A program made the translations under genes and the position numbers. From Candidatus Thalassarchaeaceae archaeon (GTDB lineage Archaea; Thermoplasmatota; Poseidoniia; Poseidoniales; Thalassarchaeaceae): DNA of 58,608 nucleotides. The stretch is from assembly GCA_034399535.1 (NCBI GenBank), contig DASCSS010000022.1, positions 1 through 58,608 on the forward strand. The letters run 5' to 3'. Within the stretch, counting starts at the first letter, position 1. Each line of letters begins with the position of its first letter. The notes under the pieces were generated by a model that was not told the DNA's origin, ran no database searches, and worked only from the letters and a program-made list of their open reading frames with translations. Positions 10,101 through 17,749 of the stretch are shown here, piece after piece.

Positions 10101-13100
10101 TGACGATGGCCCAGTTGATTCCATCCGAGGATAGGAACGGGACCAGAGAACCGTCTGCAATGCCCGCTAGTTCCGATGGGGTGCCGTCCCAAAGAACCGG
10201 GTAGGGCTTGCCTAGGCTGGTCTCGTCGTAGTCTAGTCCAGCGTTCGCCAACGAAGGGGCATGGAACAGAGCACGCCATGCTCCGAACGAGGACCCGGTG
10301 AACTGCGTTGCGTCCCAGTAGTAGACTGGTCTCGTCGAAGAAGCAAACATGGTAGCGTCGATGTACATCCTGTGCATCGAACGAATGCTGAAGCTGTCCG
10401 TCTTAGCGCCCTCCAAGTGCGGCCATGGCCACTCGTAGGAGCCATCGGTGCACTGGCCAAGATCGGGCCTGGAGAACCCGACGAAGCTGTAGTCGCCTAC
10501 TGGGAGAGTGGTGTTCTTGTAATCATAGGTGCCGAGGACTGAGTGTGTTCCAGTTGGATTGAGTGGGCCGCATGGGTTCCATACGATTTCCTCGTAGCCG
10601 CCAGTTGGAATTCCGGGGCCGTTGTCAATAAGGGAGTTCCACCGGACCTGCTCCCATCGGTTCACAGATTGGTTGAATGATAGTGACACCCATCCTCCCG
10701 AATCGGACCTGTACCCATTCCCATAACCGTCGTACACGGTGGGGTGGGTGATGTTCCCGAATTCCTCTCCAGCGTCGCTAATCGTGAATGAGACTGGTGC
10801 GAATGGAATCCTGTTGTCGAAGATTCCGCGCTCGTAGTCTGCTGTGTAGTGGACCTTGAAGTCCAACTTTAGGGGTTGCTCGTCGGCCCTGAATCGCTGT
10901 CCGGCGACATAGCCGATGGTGGTGTTCGCCCTGACCTCGACGGGGATTCCCGCATCGACAATTCCATCCCCGTCACTGTCTGTGAGCGTTGTGCTGTGGT
11001 CGTGGATGAACATCTCGGTCACCTCTGCGTAGACCTCGTAGGTCGAGTTCGGTCCGACTCGGATGTCCTCTGGGAAAAGGAACTGCCCGACGATGTAATT
11101 GCCTGAAGAGTCGGTTAGAACGTCTATGGTCTCTATCACGGAGGTGCCGTTTGAAATGTATCGGATGTGGATCTGTACAGGGAGGTCGGGGGCAGGGACG
11201 AATCCCGTGTCCCCGAGCCAATAGACCGACCCGTTGAAAATTGCAGGTCGATTCTGATCCAGCCAAAGTACGGTTTGTGTGTCTAGGGTAATACGCGTCG
11301 GGATCTTATCGTCGTCATCCAGGATTCCGTCGTTGTCGGAATCCCAGTCGGAGGAGTTGCCGTCGAATTCCTCGCCCTTGTTGGAGGGCGTTGGCCAAGT
11401 AGTGTTCAGTGATGGGTTGTTCCAGTCCAGATCGAGCCTTCCGTCGTTGTCGTCATCGACGTCGATGTAGTCCGGGCCAGTGGAGTTGTTGGAGGGGTCG
11501 GCCATGCCCACCCCGCCGCCGAAGTCGTCGTGGTCCCAGGGGTTAGTAGACTCAAGGCCGTATCTGGATGGCCAGAGCATCACCTCGTCCTCGTCCTTCA
11601 TTCCATCGTAGTCGTCATCTTCGTCGAAGTCGTCTCGGATGCCGTCGTTGTCGTGGTCCCATGGGGCGATCGGGAAGTTTAGACAACAGGTGTCGTCCGA
11701 GGGATCCTCAGTTCCGTTCCCGTCCATCAGGTTCAGCAACTCTAGGGCGTTCGGGATGCCGTCGCCGTCCCAATCGTCATCGGCCCAGTTTACTAGGCCG
11801 TCGTTGTCGTGGTCCCATGGACTCTGCTCCTCTCCCGTGAAGCAGAGCGTCTCTTGCATCGAGTCCAAAATGCCGTTGTTGTCGTCGTCCGGATCCTCGC
11901 CGTCCGGGACCCCGTCGTTGTCGTTGTCCACATCGTAGTAGAGGGGGAATAGGAGGCCCTGCCCGAGGACCCCTTTATCCCACACGGCCTGGTATATTCC
12001 GTCGCCGTCCGGGTCGGTGTCGAGTCCGTCGTCATCTGCGTCATCGCAATTGTCTCCTGTGAAGTAGTATGGCTCTACAATGGTCATGTCGTCGTCTAGA
12101 TCATGGTTGGTGTCTACTTCGAAGTAGTCCCAGATTCCGTCGTTGTCGTCGTCCACATCGAAGTGGTCGTACACTATGTCCCAGTCGTCGTCTAGATCGT
12201 TGGTGTTGTTATACATGCAGTTTGGCACCCACGACACTTCGGGCATCGGTTGCCCGCAGTCTATGTCTGGGTCCACGTCATCATCGAGCAAGTCTGCCAA
12301 CTCGTCGGGGAATAGGTTTGCATTGGGGTCGGAAGTCCATTGGAAAAGGGCCTGATTGTTGTTGACGGCGGCACCATTTAGGCCGACGTATGCGATCCAG
12401 AGGTCGCGATTGTTCTTGATGTCGTTGTAAGTGACAGCAACTGAGGGTGGGATGTTACTTCCGGGGTCGAAGGTGAAGTAGAAGCAGTTGTTTTCGCACG
12501 TGGCATGCGAGGGGTGGTTGCTTCCATCATAGGGACCGTCGTCGTGCTCGGAGTCGGGGCGGGAGCTGTATGGGACCGTGAAAATCTGGTTGTTGGATCG
12601 CGTAGCCGGCATCAGAGGGTACCCGAATAGGAAAGCGTAGTCCAACCCGCACCATCTCTCTTGGGTGGGCGATGCGAGTATTGTCCCGCAAGAGTTGCCA
12701 TCCAGGGTCCCCCCCATCTTCACGTCATTGACGTCCAAGATCCCATCATTGCCCTCGTCTTGGTCCCACCAGTCGGGTAGCCCGTCGCCGTCTTGGTCGA
12801 CGTCTATACCGTTGACTAGGGAGTCGCCGTCTGTGTCGATGTCGAAGAAGTTCCCCCCGTTGTAGGGACTCCACTTCATCATCAAGAACCAGTACATCTC
12901 TGGTATCTGCCCCCCTGTTGGGGGGAAGATGGTATCGTCATAACCATTGTAATCGAGCATGAACGTGTTGCCGTCATTGAACGGGTTGAATCCCCAGGTC
13001 ATGTTCCAATAGTAGTGGTCAAATCCAACATAGGTATCTCCGTCGTCGGAACCGTCTATTGCGTCGCCGTCTCCTTGAGGCCAGCTGTTCCCGTAGAATT

Positions 13101-15039
13101 GGTCGGTATTGTCGGCATCCACAATCCCACAGTTTCCGTCGTCCGGATCATAGTAGTCGTTTATTCCATCGTTGTCATCGTCCCAGTCCTCGTCGTTCGG
13201 CAGCCCATCCCCGTCGATGTCGGTATCAATGTCATTGGGCCCGTCATCCCGGTACATCGAACCGTTAAGTTCGTGCAGGGCAGCATCGTTGTCAAGATCG
13301 CAATCAGGATCGATGTCCAGCCAGTCTAGTATGCCATCGTTGTCGTCGTCGACGTCGACCCAGTTGTTCACCCCGTCGCCGTCCCAATCGTTGAACCCCG
13401 TGTAGGAGGTCCTCCAGAGTACGCAGTTGTCACTGGGGTCCTGGGGGTTGGGGTTCTCGACGCTCGCACAATCCCATGTGACAACCTCTGCCGTGTCATT
13501 GAGAGGGTAGGGGTCCTCCTCGTTGAGCAGACCATCATCATCTAGATCCCAGGGAGTAGCCCCCCCACTTCCAAATATCGATGGGTTGTCGGGACTGGTT
13601 GTACCACCCATGTCCGTATCAAGCCAATCCCAAACCAAATCGTAGTCTTGGTCGATTGGTCTGAATCTGTCGTCATCCAAGTCACCGTCGTAGTCAATCT
13701 CGCAGTCAATCCCAGGGGTGTCGAATTCCACTACTGCAATTGGGTAATCGCCCTGGCCATCGCCGTTTGTGTCCAACTGCCTACAGGCATCTGGGATTCC
13801 ATCGTTGTCGTCGTCGACGTCATACATGTCGGCAAGGCCGTCGTTATCATCGTCATTGTCCGAGGAGTCTGGAGAACCATCGTTGTCGTTGTCCGGATCT
13901 AGGAAATTTGGGATCCCATCGCCGTCCAGATCACCGTCAACGATGCTAGTGAAGCTCTGTTCTCGTGGGTGCAGGAGGGCCTCCAAGGCTACATAGTCTA
14001 GTCCATCCACATAGATGCTGTAATCGGAAGAGTCCCACAGAGTCCAATCGTCCCATAGGATCCCGGGTTCAGAATATATCATCGAGGAGCGGGATGAGTT
14101 CCAGGGGTGTATGTCATCAATGTCTGGGACTCCATCGTTGTCATCGTCATCGTCGAAGTAATCCTGAATCCCGTCTGAGTCGAAGTCGCAGGGCCAGTAG
14201 AACTGATCTATCCGGCCGTCGTTGTCGTCGTCCTCATCGTAAGAACCCCTGCCGGAGCCATCGACATCCTCGTCTGGGATCCCATCATTGTCGTGATCCA
14301 TGGGATTCTGGTCTACTAGGTAGTTGAATCCGACTGGTTGACCGGTCCAGGGGTGTATAGTGCTCGGGTCGACATGCCTATCGGCTGACACATTCCAAGG
14401 GTCTGTTCCCTGGGAGTAGTCGATGGGCCCCTCCAGTATGCCATCGTTGTCGTCGTCCCAGTCCTCTCTATCTAAGACTCCATCGTTGTCGTGGTCAAGT
14501 GGATCTGTCCCATAGCACCCGTCGAACCTTTCGATCAGATCGTTGATACCATCGTTGTCGTCGTCCAAGTCGTTTAGGTCATCTATTCCGTCGTTATCAT
14601 GGTCATCCGTGTTGGTCTCCTCGAGGAAGAAGCCATATCTGGGATCCAGCGTAAGAGCGGATGCGTCTGAGACCTTCCCGTAATATGATGCTGGATCATG
14701 GTAGAATGGGTCAAAGAAAGCAGCCTCTTGGAACGGGAACGCCGAAGCAGGTTGGTTCTGATTCTCCCCTTGCACAGGCCCAGAATACTGGTGTTCCTGT
14801 TGTATCGCCGTTCTCTTTGGGGTGATTTCAAGGTCTTGGGGTTCCTCCTCTGACTCCCAATTCACCAGAACTAGGAGCTGTGTACTAAGCAGCATTATGG
14901 CAACCATGGCGAATGCTGGGAAAAATACCTTATTCGCGTATGTTTGTTCTCTTTCTGTCATTTCAATCCCTGCTGACCCTGAGGCAGGGTCCCCGAGCAT
15001 TTCGATTTCCTTATCAATGGATTCCTCAGTTATGGTCAA
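7120..15039 (-). CDS. giant (2639 aa) two-TM envelope protein with TSP type-3-like Ca-binding repeats and a DUF4129-like C-terminal tail
   Basis: Uninterrupted 7.9-kb ORF. N-terminal helix: FFPAFAMVAIMLLSTQLLVLV. About 30 DxDxDGxxDxxD units follow. Then comes a long beta-type region rich in N-x-S/T sequons. C-terminal helix: VLVFSGIAASSLLLVGMMMY. The tail contains TTREFEDVI...FFSIFEEARYSD. The start codon at 15039 is TTG and the first in-frame ATG is at 15000. Confidence 0.85.
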   Translation of the reverse strand: MTITEESIDKEIEMLGDPASGSAGIEMTEREQTYANKVFFPAFAMVAIMLLSTQLLVLVNWESEEEPQDLEITPKRTAIQQEHQYSGPVQGENQNQPASAFPFQEAAFFDPFYHDPASYYGKVSDASALTLDPRYGFFLEETNTDDHDNDGIDDLNDLDDDNDGINDLIERFDGCYGTDPLDHDNDGVLDREDWDDDNDGILEGPIDYSQGTDPWNVSADRHVDPSTIHPWTGQPVGFNYLVDQNPMDHDNDGIPDEDVDGSGRGSYDEDDDNDGRIDQFYWPCDFDSDGIQDYFDDDDDNDGVPDIDDIHPWNSSRSSMIYSEPGILWDDWTLWDSSDYSIYVDGLDYVALEALLHPREQSFTSIVDGDLDGDGIPNFLDPDNDNDGSPDSSDNDDDNDGLADMYDVDDDNDGIPDACRQLDTNGDGQGDYPIAVVEFDTPGIDCEIDYDGDLDDDRFRPIDQDYDLVWDWLDTDMGGTTSPDNPSIFGSGGATPWDLDDDGLLNEEDPYPLNDTAEVVTWDCASVENPNPQDPSDNCVLWRTSYTGFNDWDGDGVNNWVDVDDDNDGILDWLDIDPDCDLDNDAALHELNGSMYRDDGPNDIDTDIDGDGLPNDEDWDDDNDGINDYYDPDDGNCGIVDADNTDQFYGNSWPQGDGDAIDGSDDGDTYVGFDHYYWNMTWGFNPFNDGNTFMLDYNGYDDTIFPPTGGQIPEMYWFLMMKWSPYNGGNFFDIDTDGDSLVNGIDVDQDGDGLPDWWDQDEGNDGILDVNDVKMGGTLDGNSCGTILASPTQERWCGLDYAFLFGYPLMPATRSNNQIFTVPYSSRPDSEHDDGPYDGSNHPSHATCENNCFYFTFDPGSNIPPSVAVTYNDIKNNRDLWIAYVGLNGAAVNNNQALFQWTSDPNANLFPDELADLLDDDVDPDIDCGQPMPEVSWVPNCMYNNTNDLDDDWDIVYDHFDVDDDNDGIWDYFEVDTNHDLDDDMTIVEPYYFTGDNCDDADDDGLDTDPDGDGIYQAVWDKGVLGQGLLFPLYYDVDNDNDGVPDGEDPDDDNNGILDSMQETLCFTGEEQSPWDHDNDGLVNWADDDWDGDGIPNALELLNLMDGNGTEDPSDDTCCLNFPIAPWDHDNDGIRDDFDEDDDYDGMKDEDEVMLWPSRYGLESTNPWDHDDFGGGVGMADPSNNSTGPDYIDVDDDNDGRLDLDWNNPSLNTTWPTPSNKGEEFDGNSSDWDSDNDGILDDDDKIPTRITLDTQTVLWLDQNRPAIFNGSVYWLGDTGFVPAPDLPVQIHIRYISNGTSVIETIDVLTDSSGNYIVGQFLFPEDIRVGPNSTYEVYAEVTEMFIHDHSTTLTDSDGDGIVDAGIPVEVRANTTIGYVAGQRFRADEQPLKLDFKVHYTADYERGIFDNRIPFAPVSFTISDAGEEFGNITHPTVYDGYGNGYRSDSGGWVSLSFNQSVNRWEQVRWNSLIDNGPGIPTGGYEEIVWNPCGPLNPTGTHSVLGTYDYKNTTLPVGDYSFVGFSRPDLGQCTDGSYEWPWPHLEGAKTDSFSIRSMHRMYIDATMFASSTRPVYYWDATQFTGSSFGAWRALFHAPSLANAGLDYDETSLGKPYPVLWDGTPSELAGIADGSLVPFLSSDGINWAIVMQNGADFDSPPCGPVDPLDPSSPARCEIVPEMFTGEKFRVIGNIWNRTLDPWYQDPVTLQVDADKNGAFEGQYETAERSVIENVGGLATFDYNWTWYSKYPPGTFEIKADFTQSDYYFTGDQAEVLAATGAYGNVTMIGTTDFEAITLPRLYRGQNTSVEARLVDNSNQPIREVPVNWTWSEDNSNGVSITDNNGLFRVNLTDIDTLGNFSLGFTYLGDELRQGNTVEHNLWVVSRTFINVQSTSPNIRSSGDLWEFNAMITDDNMTPFEKDGGEVLNTCAGEDSNNGYDLGGNITVIYEGIDFEDRTHRQIVSVECPNTGMFSYGRILDPQLLKDDPYSFLPDGFGPVNVILRFEENLPHEGCEPLDAGMLSTSGAWDPCVTILNSDHFRKVLQFQVDGFSLIGRTTLKVDDQIVYTSEIDPNTGQAIEKPMIVTGQLVDELGGNLTNRAIRVTYEMDSGNKGVTACIPGVSDENGFFDIVCPLSGVDAGQAKVRIEYNSFENNDRFRYHNDSVTKFFPVFSNSSVDITEVGPFRSDYLTYTFPNGSTFEVLYLKEAFHIDAKLTQTNGKPIGGKCLNIYLDPEVNTRPVATAFTIDGTGEFDWYSADPDDNPSRRGVEPSGNKLEGFRTIRVAYEPDKEIPGGCRAEDNPVLNSSYTDIEVLVRSKVDVLLKEHWSNPNGFHVGDVIAGEVAILRDRLDLTVEGQRVEFIRQYWNGTGWTTAPGGVQILTTNERGSANFSFVYPGEEVFGEGSDVIAVDGRWRVLVHFQSADENRPFFVERWLNTTPEIRLSTSVDTKGESFLSTQVLVFSGIAASSLLLVGMMMYNNYRERRKIEILRGILTDSLMSLKASNNYIETIFKCYKDLIRYFRLRGAMKKVFETTREFEDVINKMLGGIISPMEMDMFFSIFEEARYSDHDIGSEQRDRAMQVFQSMIGRMNSSLGDTMLNRTSSNESALYGPSIRAGQFVDAEGQVRYAGVDDSAEDDGFRI
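11308..14607 (-). repeat. coding repeat region (about 30 thrombospondin type-3-like DxDxDGxxDxxD units)
   Basis: On the + strand this appears as recurring gtcgtcgttgtcgtcgtc / ccatcgttgtcgtc strings. Translated examples are DHDNDGIDDLNDLDDDNDGINDL, DDDNDGVPDIDD and DSDNDGILDDDD. Boundaries are estimated from the residue positions of the first and last unit. Confidence 0.75.
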
Positions 15040-15082
15040 TTCGTATCATAGAGCGATTGCAGTATCATCTCGTGGATGGAAA

Positions 15083-15541
15083 TCAGTTCCTATGATAAGG
15101 AGAGCCACGATTGATTTCGGTCGCCCTATACAACTGTTCGAGTAGTACTGCAGCGGCCATCTCGTGAGTTAGGGTTAGGTTCGAAAGGGAAATGGAGTGT
15201 GATGCTCCTGCCTTAAATTCCTCAGAAAACCCCTCACTTGGACCGATTGCAATGTTGGTCTGAACGTTTTCCATATTCGCTGAACCCAACCATCTAGCTA
15301 ATTCTTCGCTAGACATCTGCTCTCCCCTCTCATCCATAATCACCAATGAGCCGGTAAGCTTGGAAAGGCCTTCCTGATAAGCGTCAATTCCCTTCCTCTC
15401 TGAGTGGGCTTGAACGCTAATTCCCCTTCCCCTGATCCTTTTCTCAAAGTCATTCACTATGGCCGATAAGGCCCTGTCCTTCGGTCTGCCAAACAAGTGA
15501 ACAAGTACCCGTCCCACAAAGTGGCGTGCACGTTTCCGCAC
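15083..15541 (-). CDS. rlmH: 23S rRNA (pseudouridine-N3)-methyltransferase RlmH-like SPOUT protein
   Basis: The C-terminal half IAIGPSEGFSEEF...SLSNLTLTHEMAAAVLLEQLYRATEINRGSPYHRN aligns by eye with the E. coli RlmH motif IGGPEG...LS.LTL.H...R..L.EQLYRA......PYH. GTG start at 15541, with an alternative GTG at 15517. Confidence 0.8.
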   Translation of the reverse strand: MRKRARHFVGRVLVHLFGRPKDRALSAIVNDFEKRIRGRGISVQAHSERKGIDAYQEGLSKLTGSLVIMDERGEQMSSEELARWLGSANMENVQTNIAIGPSEGFSEEFKAGASHSISLSNLTLTHEMAAAVLLEQLYRATEINRGSPYHRN

Positions 15542-15587
15542 TTAGCGATTCACAAAGCATCAAGAAAACAAACTCGGACGCAGGGGC

Positions 15588-15911
15588 ATGGGATGGTGGC
15601 CATTCGGAAGGAAGAGGTCTGATTTCGTAAACGAGCCGCATATTAGAGGATCAAGGGTGTGGATTCAGGACCTCAGGGAGGCATGCGAGGGGTGCTTCGA
15701 TAATCGCCTCGAAGGCCAGCGGAGGGTAAGGAGGATTCGTACCGAGTGGCAGAGCGCTCATTCAGAAGGGGAGGTGGGGGATGCTCTGATTGATGGGTTG
15801 GAGAGGCGTGCTTCCCGGCTATTGGGTGCGGATGACCAAAAGTGGGCCAAGATATTGGACAATGAGGGTTTTTGGAAGCCTGGATGGGGGAGCAGCATGG
15901 AGGAAGAATGA
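15588..15911 (+). CDS. hypothetical soluble protein (107 aa)
   Basis: ATG ORF whose stop overlaps the start of the next gene (ATGA at 15908-15911). No motif recognised. Confidence 0.45.
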   Translation: MGWWPFGRKRSDFVNEPHIRGSRVWIQDLREACEGCFDNRLEGQRRVRRIRTEWQSAHSEGEVGDALIDGLERRASRLLGADDQKWAKILDNEGFWKPGWGSSMEEE

Positions 15912-16612
15912 TGCTTTTCTGGATAGGGCTATTCTTCTTGGTTGGGTCGGCGGGATACTACCTGAGCAGACTTCAACCGTTTCCGGAGATTGGGGGGCGT
16001 TTCTCGTCTGTTGTTGTGATTTGTGCCTTTCTACTTTGGATTGTAAGTACTAGCCCCAGGCAGGGATCGGCATTTTTCCCTGCTGTACTCGCGGTGTTCG
16101 TAGGGGGGATCTCGGCAATAATGGGAGCTAGAAGCATGGGGGTCACCAAGAAGGACGTGATTGTCGCGCCGTTGGGTGGAATATTGTTCTGCTTTGGTGG
16201 GGTTTCTCTTCTTTCTGTGAATTGGGGGGATGCTTCCCAAACAGAGCAGATCGGTTCGTTCTTGCTGGCAAGTACAATGGTATCAATAGAGATTTATCTG
16301 GCGTTCAGGGGGCTTGTGATAGGGGTTCCTGGAATAGCGTGGTCTAAGTCCGGACTGCGGCAGATTCATCGAGGGCTGATTTTGGGGCCCAATGGCGCAA
16401 TAGCCCATTTCGAACGTTCATGGGACATGGAAGACCCGTGGATCAATGCAATGAGCCATGCTGCATTAACTCTCATACACAGGAGCCTAGGAGATTCCGA
16501 GAAGGAGGGATTTCACTCAGTAGAGTTGGAGAAGGGAGGAGGGTGGGTTTCCATAGATTCTTCTTGGACCGATGCCATTGAATCAGCGCTGAAAGAGTCT
16601 GGAAGTCACTGA
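15908..16612 (+). CDS. hypothetical polytopic membrane protein
   Basis: The start is moved to ATG 15908 (MMLFWIGLFFLVGSAGYY...), which overlaps the upstream stop. Several hydrophobic helices are followed by a soluble C-terminal domain. Confidence 0.55.
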   Translation: MMLFWIGLFFLVGSAGYYLSRLQPFPEIGGRFSSVVVICAFLLWIVSTSPRQGSAFFPAVLAVFVGGISAIMGARSMGVTKKDVIVAPLGGILFCFGGVSLLSVNWGDASQTEQIGSFLLASTMVSIEIYLAFRGLVIGVPGIAWSKSGLRQIHRGLILGPNGAIAHFERSWDMEDPWINAMSHAALTLIHRSLGDSEKEGFHSVELEKGGGWVSIDSSWTDAIESALKESGSH

Positions 16613-16646
16613 GTACGATTGAAAGCATGTGTCCCCTCGCGGTTCC

Positions 16647-17270
16647 ATGGTCCGGATTAACAGGGTACACACCGGAGCTGGAGATGGGGGGGAGACCTCG
16701 CTACTTGATGGAAAGAGAGTTGGAAAACAGGATGTTAGGGTTGAGTTGTTCGGTACTATCGATGAATTGAACTCACAAATTGGAGTAGTCAGGATGGAGA
16801 TTAGGAGGTTTCAATCCGAATCCATTCCGGAAGAAGAAGAGTCAGCATTGGATGCTGTTCTTGGTCTTGTACAACAGGAGCTATTCGACATTGGAGGTGA
16901 ATGCGCCTGTCCTCCCGAATCCCTACCCGATAGCGTTGCACTCGTGGGCACCGGAGAGGGGGACAGGCTCGTCAAAGAGATGGGTAATTGGCTAGAACAT
17001 ATAGATCCGTTGGAGTCGTTTATCCTACCGACCGGTTCTGCCCCCGTTGCCTCGATGCATGTTGCTAGAACCGTGGCTAGGAGGACTGAAAGAGCGGCAT
17101 GTTCCCTTAGAGAGTACGAAGGGGAAGGCGCAGTAAGGCCTGAGGTCTTGGCATACCTGAATAGGCTCTCGGACTGGCTGTTCGTCATGGCAAGATGGTT
17201 CGGGAAAATCTCAAACGAGGGGGAGACCCTTTGGAAGCCCCTTGGAAGAAGAGGGCGGTTGTCAGACTAG
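16647..17270 (+). CDS. PduO-type ATP:cob(I)alamin adenosyltransferase
   Basis: MVRINRVHTGAGDGGETSLLDGKRVGKQDVRVELFGTIDELNSQIGV matches the PduO/MMAB N-terminal signature (TGDxGxTxL ... GxxDELNxxIG). The start is set at ATG 16647; the track start at 16629 is a GTG. Confidence 0.85.
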   Translation: MVRINRVHTGAGDGGETSLLDGKRVGKQDVRVELFGTIDELNSQIGVVRMEIRRFQSESIPEEEESALDAVLGLVQQELFDIGGECACPPESLPDSVALVGTGEGDRLVKEMGNWLEHIDPLESFILPTGSAPVASMHVARTVARRTERAACSLREYEGEGAVRPEVLAYLNRLSDWLFVMARWFGKISNEGETLWKPLGRRGRLSD

Positions 17271-17699
17271 CTTTCCTGCAGCTCTGAGGTATTCTGCTGC
17301 GGAGCGGAGTAGCGCCTTTTCCTGACCAAATGTAATCTGCTCTTCGGCTTCTTCAATCTGTAGCCAAAGGTAATTCGTGTGCTCGTGGGAAAGTGTGACG
17401 GCAATCTGATCTGTCTCTGCAAGGTACCAGAATACCTGCTTCGGAGTTTGTTTCCCCCTCCTAGAGAATGTGTACTCGGTCCTTTGGCTCCAGCCTTGGT
17501 CAATTTCCACCCTGGTAATCCCTGTCTCCTCGGATAGTTCCCTAATGGCTGTAGAGTGATGGTCTGAATCCCCGTCCTCAATGTGGCCCTTGGGGAAGCT
17601 CCAATGACCTTGGGGGTACTGTAATAGGAGTATGCTGTCGAAATTGAGCAGAATGAAGCCACAGGATGTTTCGATGGCCCCGTTGACACTGGTGTGCAT
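17262..17699 (-). CDS. Nudix hydrolase, Ap4A-hydrolase (NUDT2)-like
   Basis: WSFPKGHIEDGDSDHHSTAIRELSEETGI is a Nudix box, one residue longer than the canonical GX5EX7REUXEEXGU. The start is set at ATG 17699 so that it does not overlap the divergent DHH gene. Confidence 0.75.
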   Translation of the reverse strand: MHTSVNGAIETSCGFILLNFDSILLLQYPQGHWSFPKGHIEDGDSDHHSTAIRELSEETGITRVEIDQGWSQRTEYTFSRRGKQTPKQVFWYLAETDQIAVTLSHEHTNYLWLQIEEAEEQITFGQEKALLRSAAEYLRAAGKLV

Positions 17700-17749
17700 A
17701 ACCACACCGTGCAGCGCCCCCGAATGAAAACCTTCCGTGGAGGAGAGGC

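Noticed and set aside
11308-14607. Periodic short repeats that might suggest a CRISPR array or satellite.
   Set aside because: The units are in frame within one uninterrupted 7.9-kb ORF. They encode DxDxDG Ca-binding loops, are imperfect, and lack uniform spacer lengths.
15872-15907. The track start of the membrane-protein ORF (MEAWMGEQHGGR...).
   Set aside because: These 12 codons overlap the end of the upstream ORF. The ATG at 15908 forms an ATGA stop/start overlap and begins exactly at the first hydrophobic helix.
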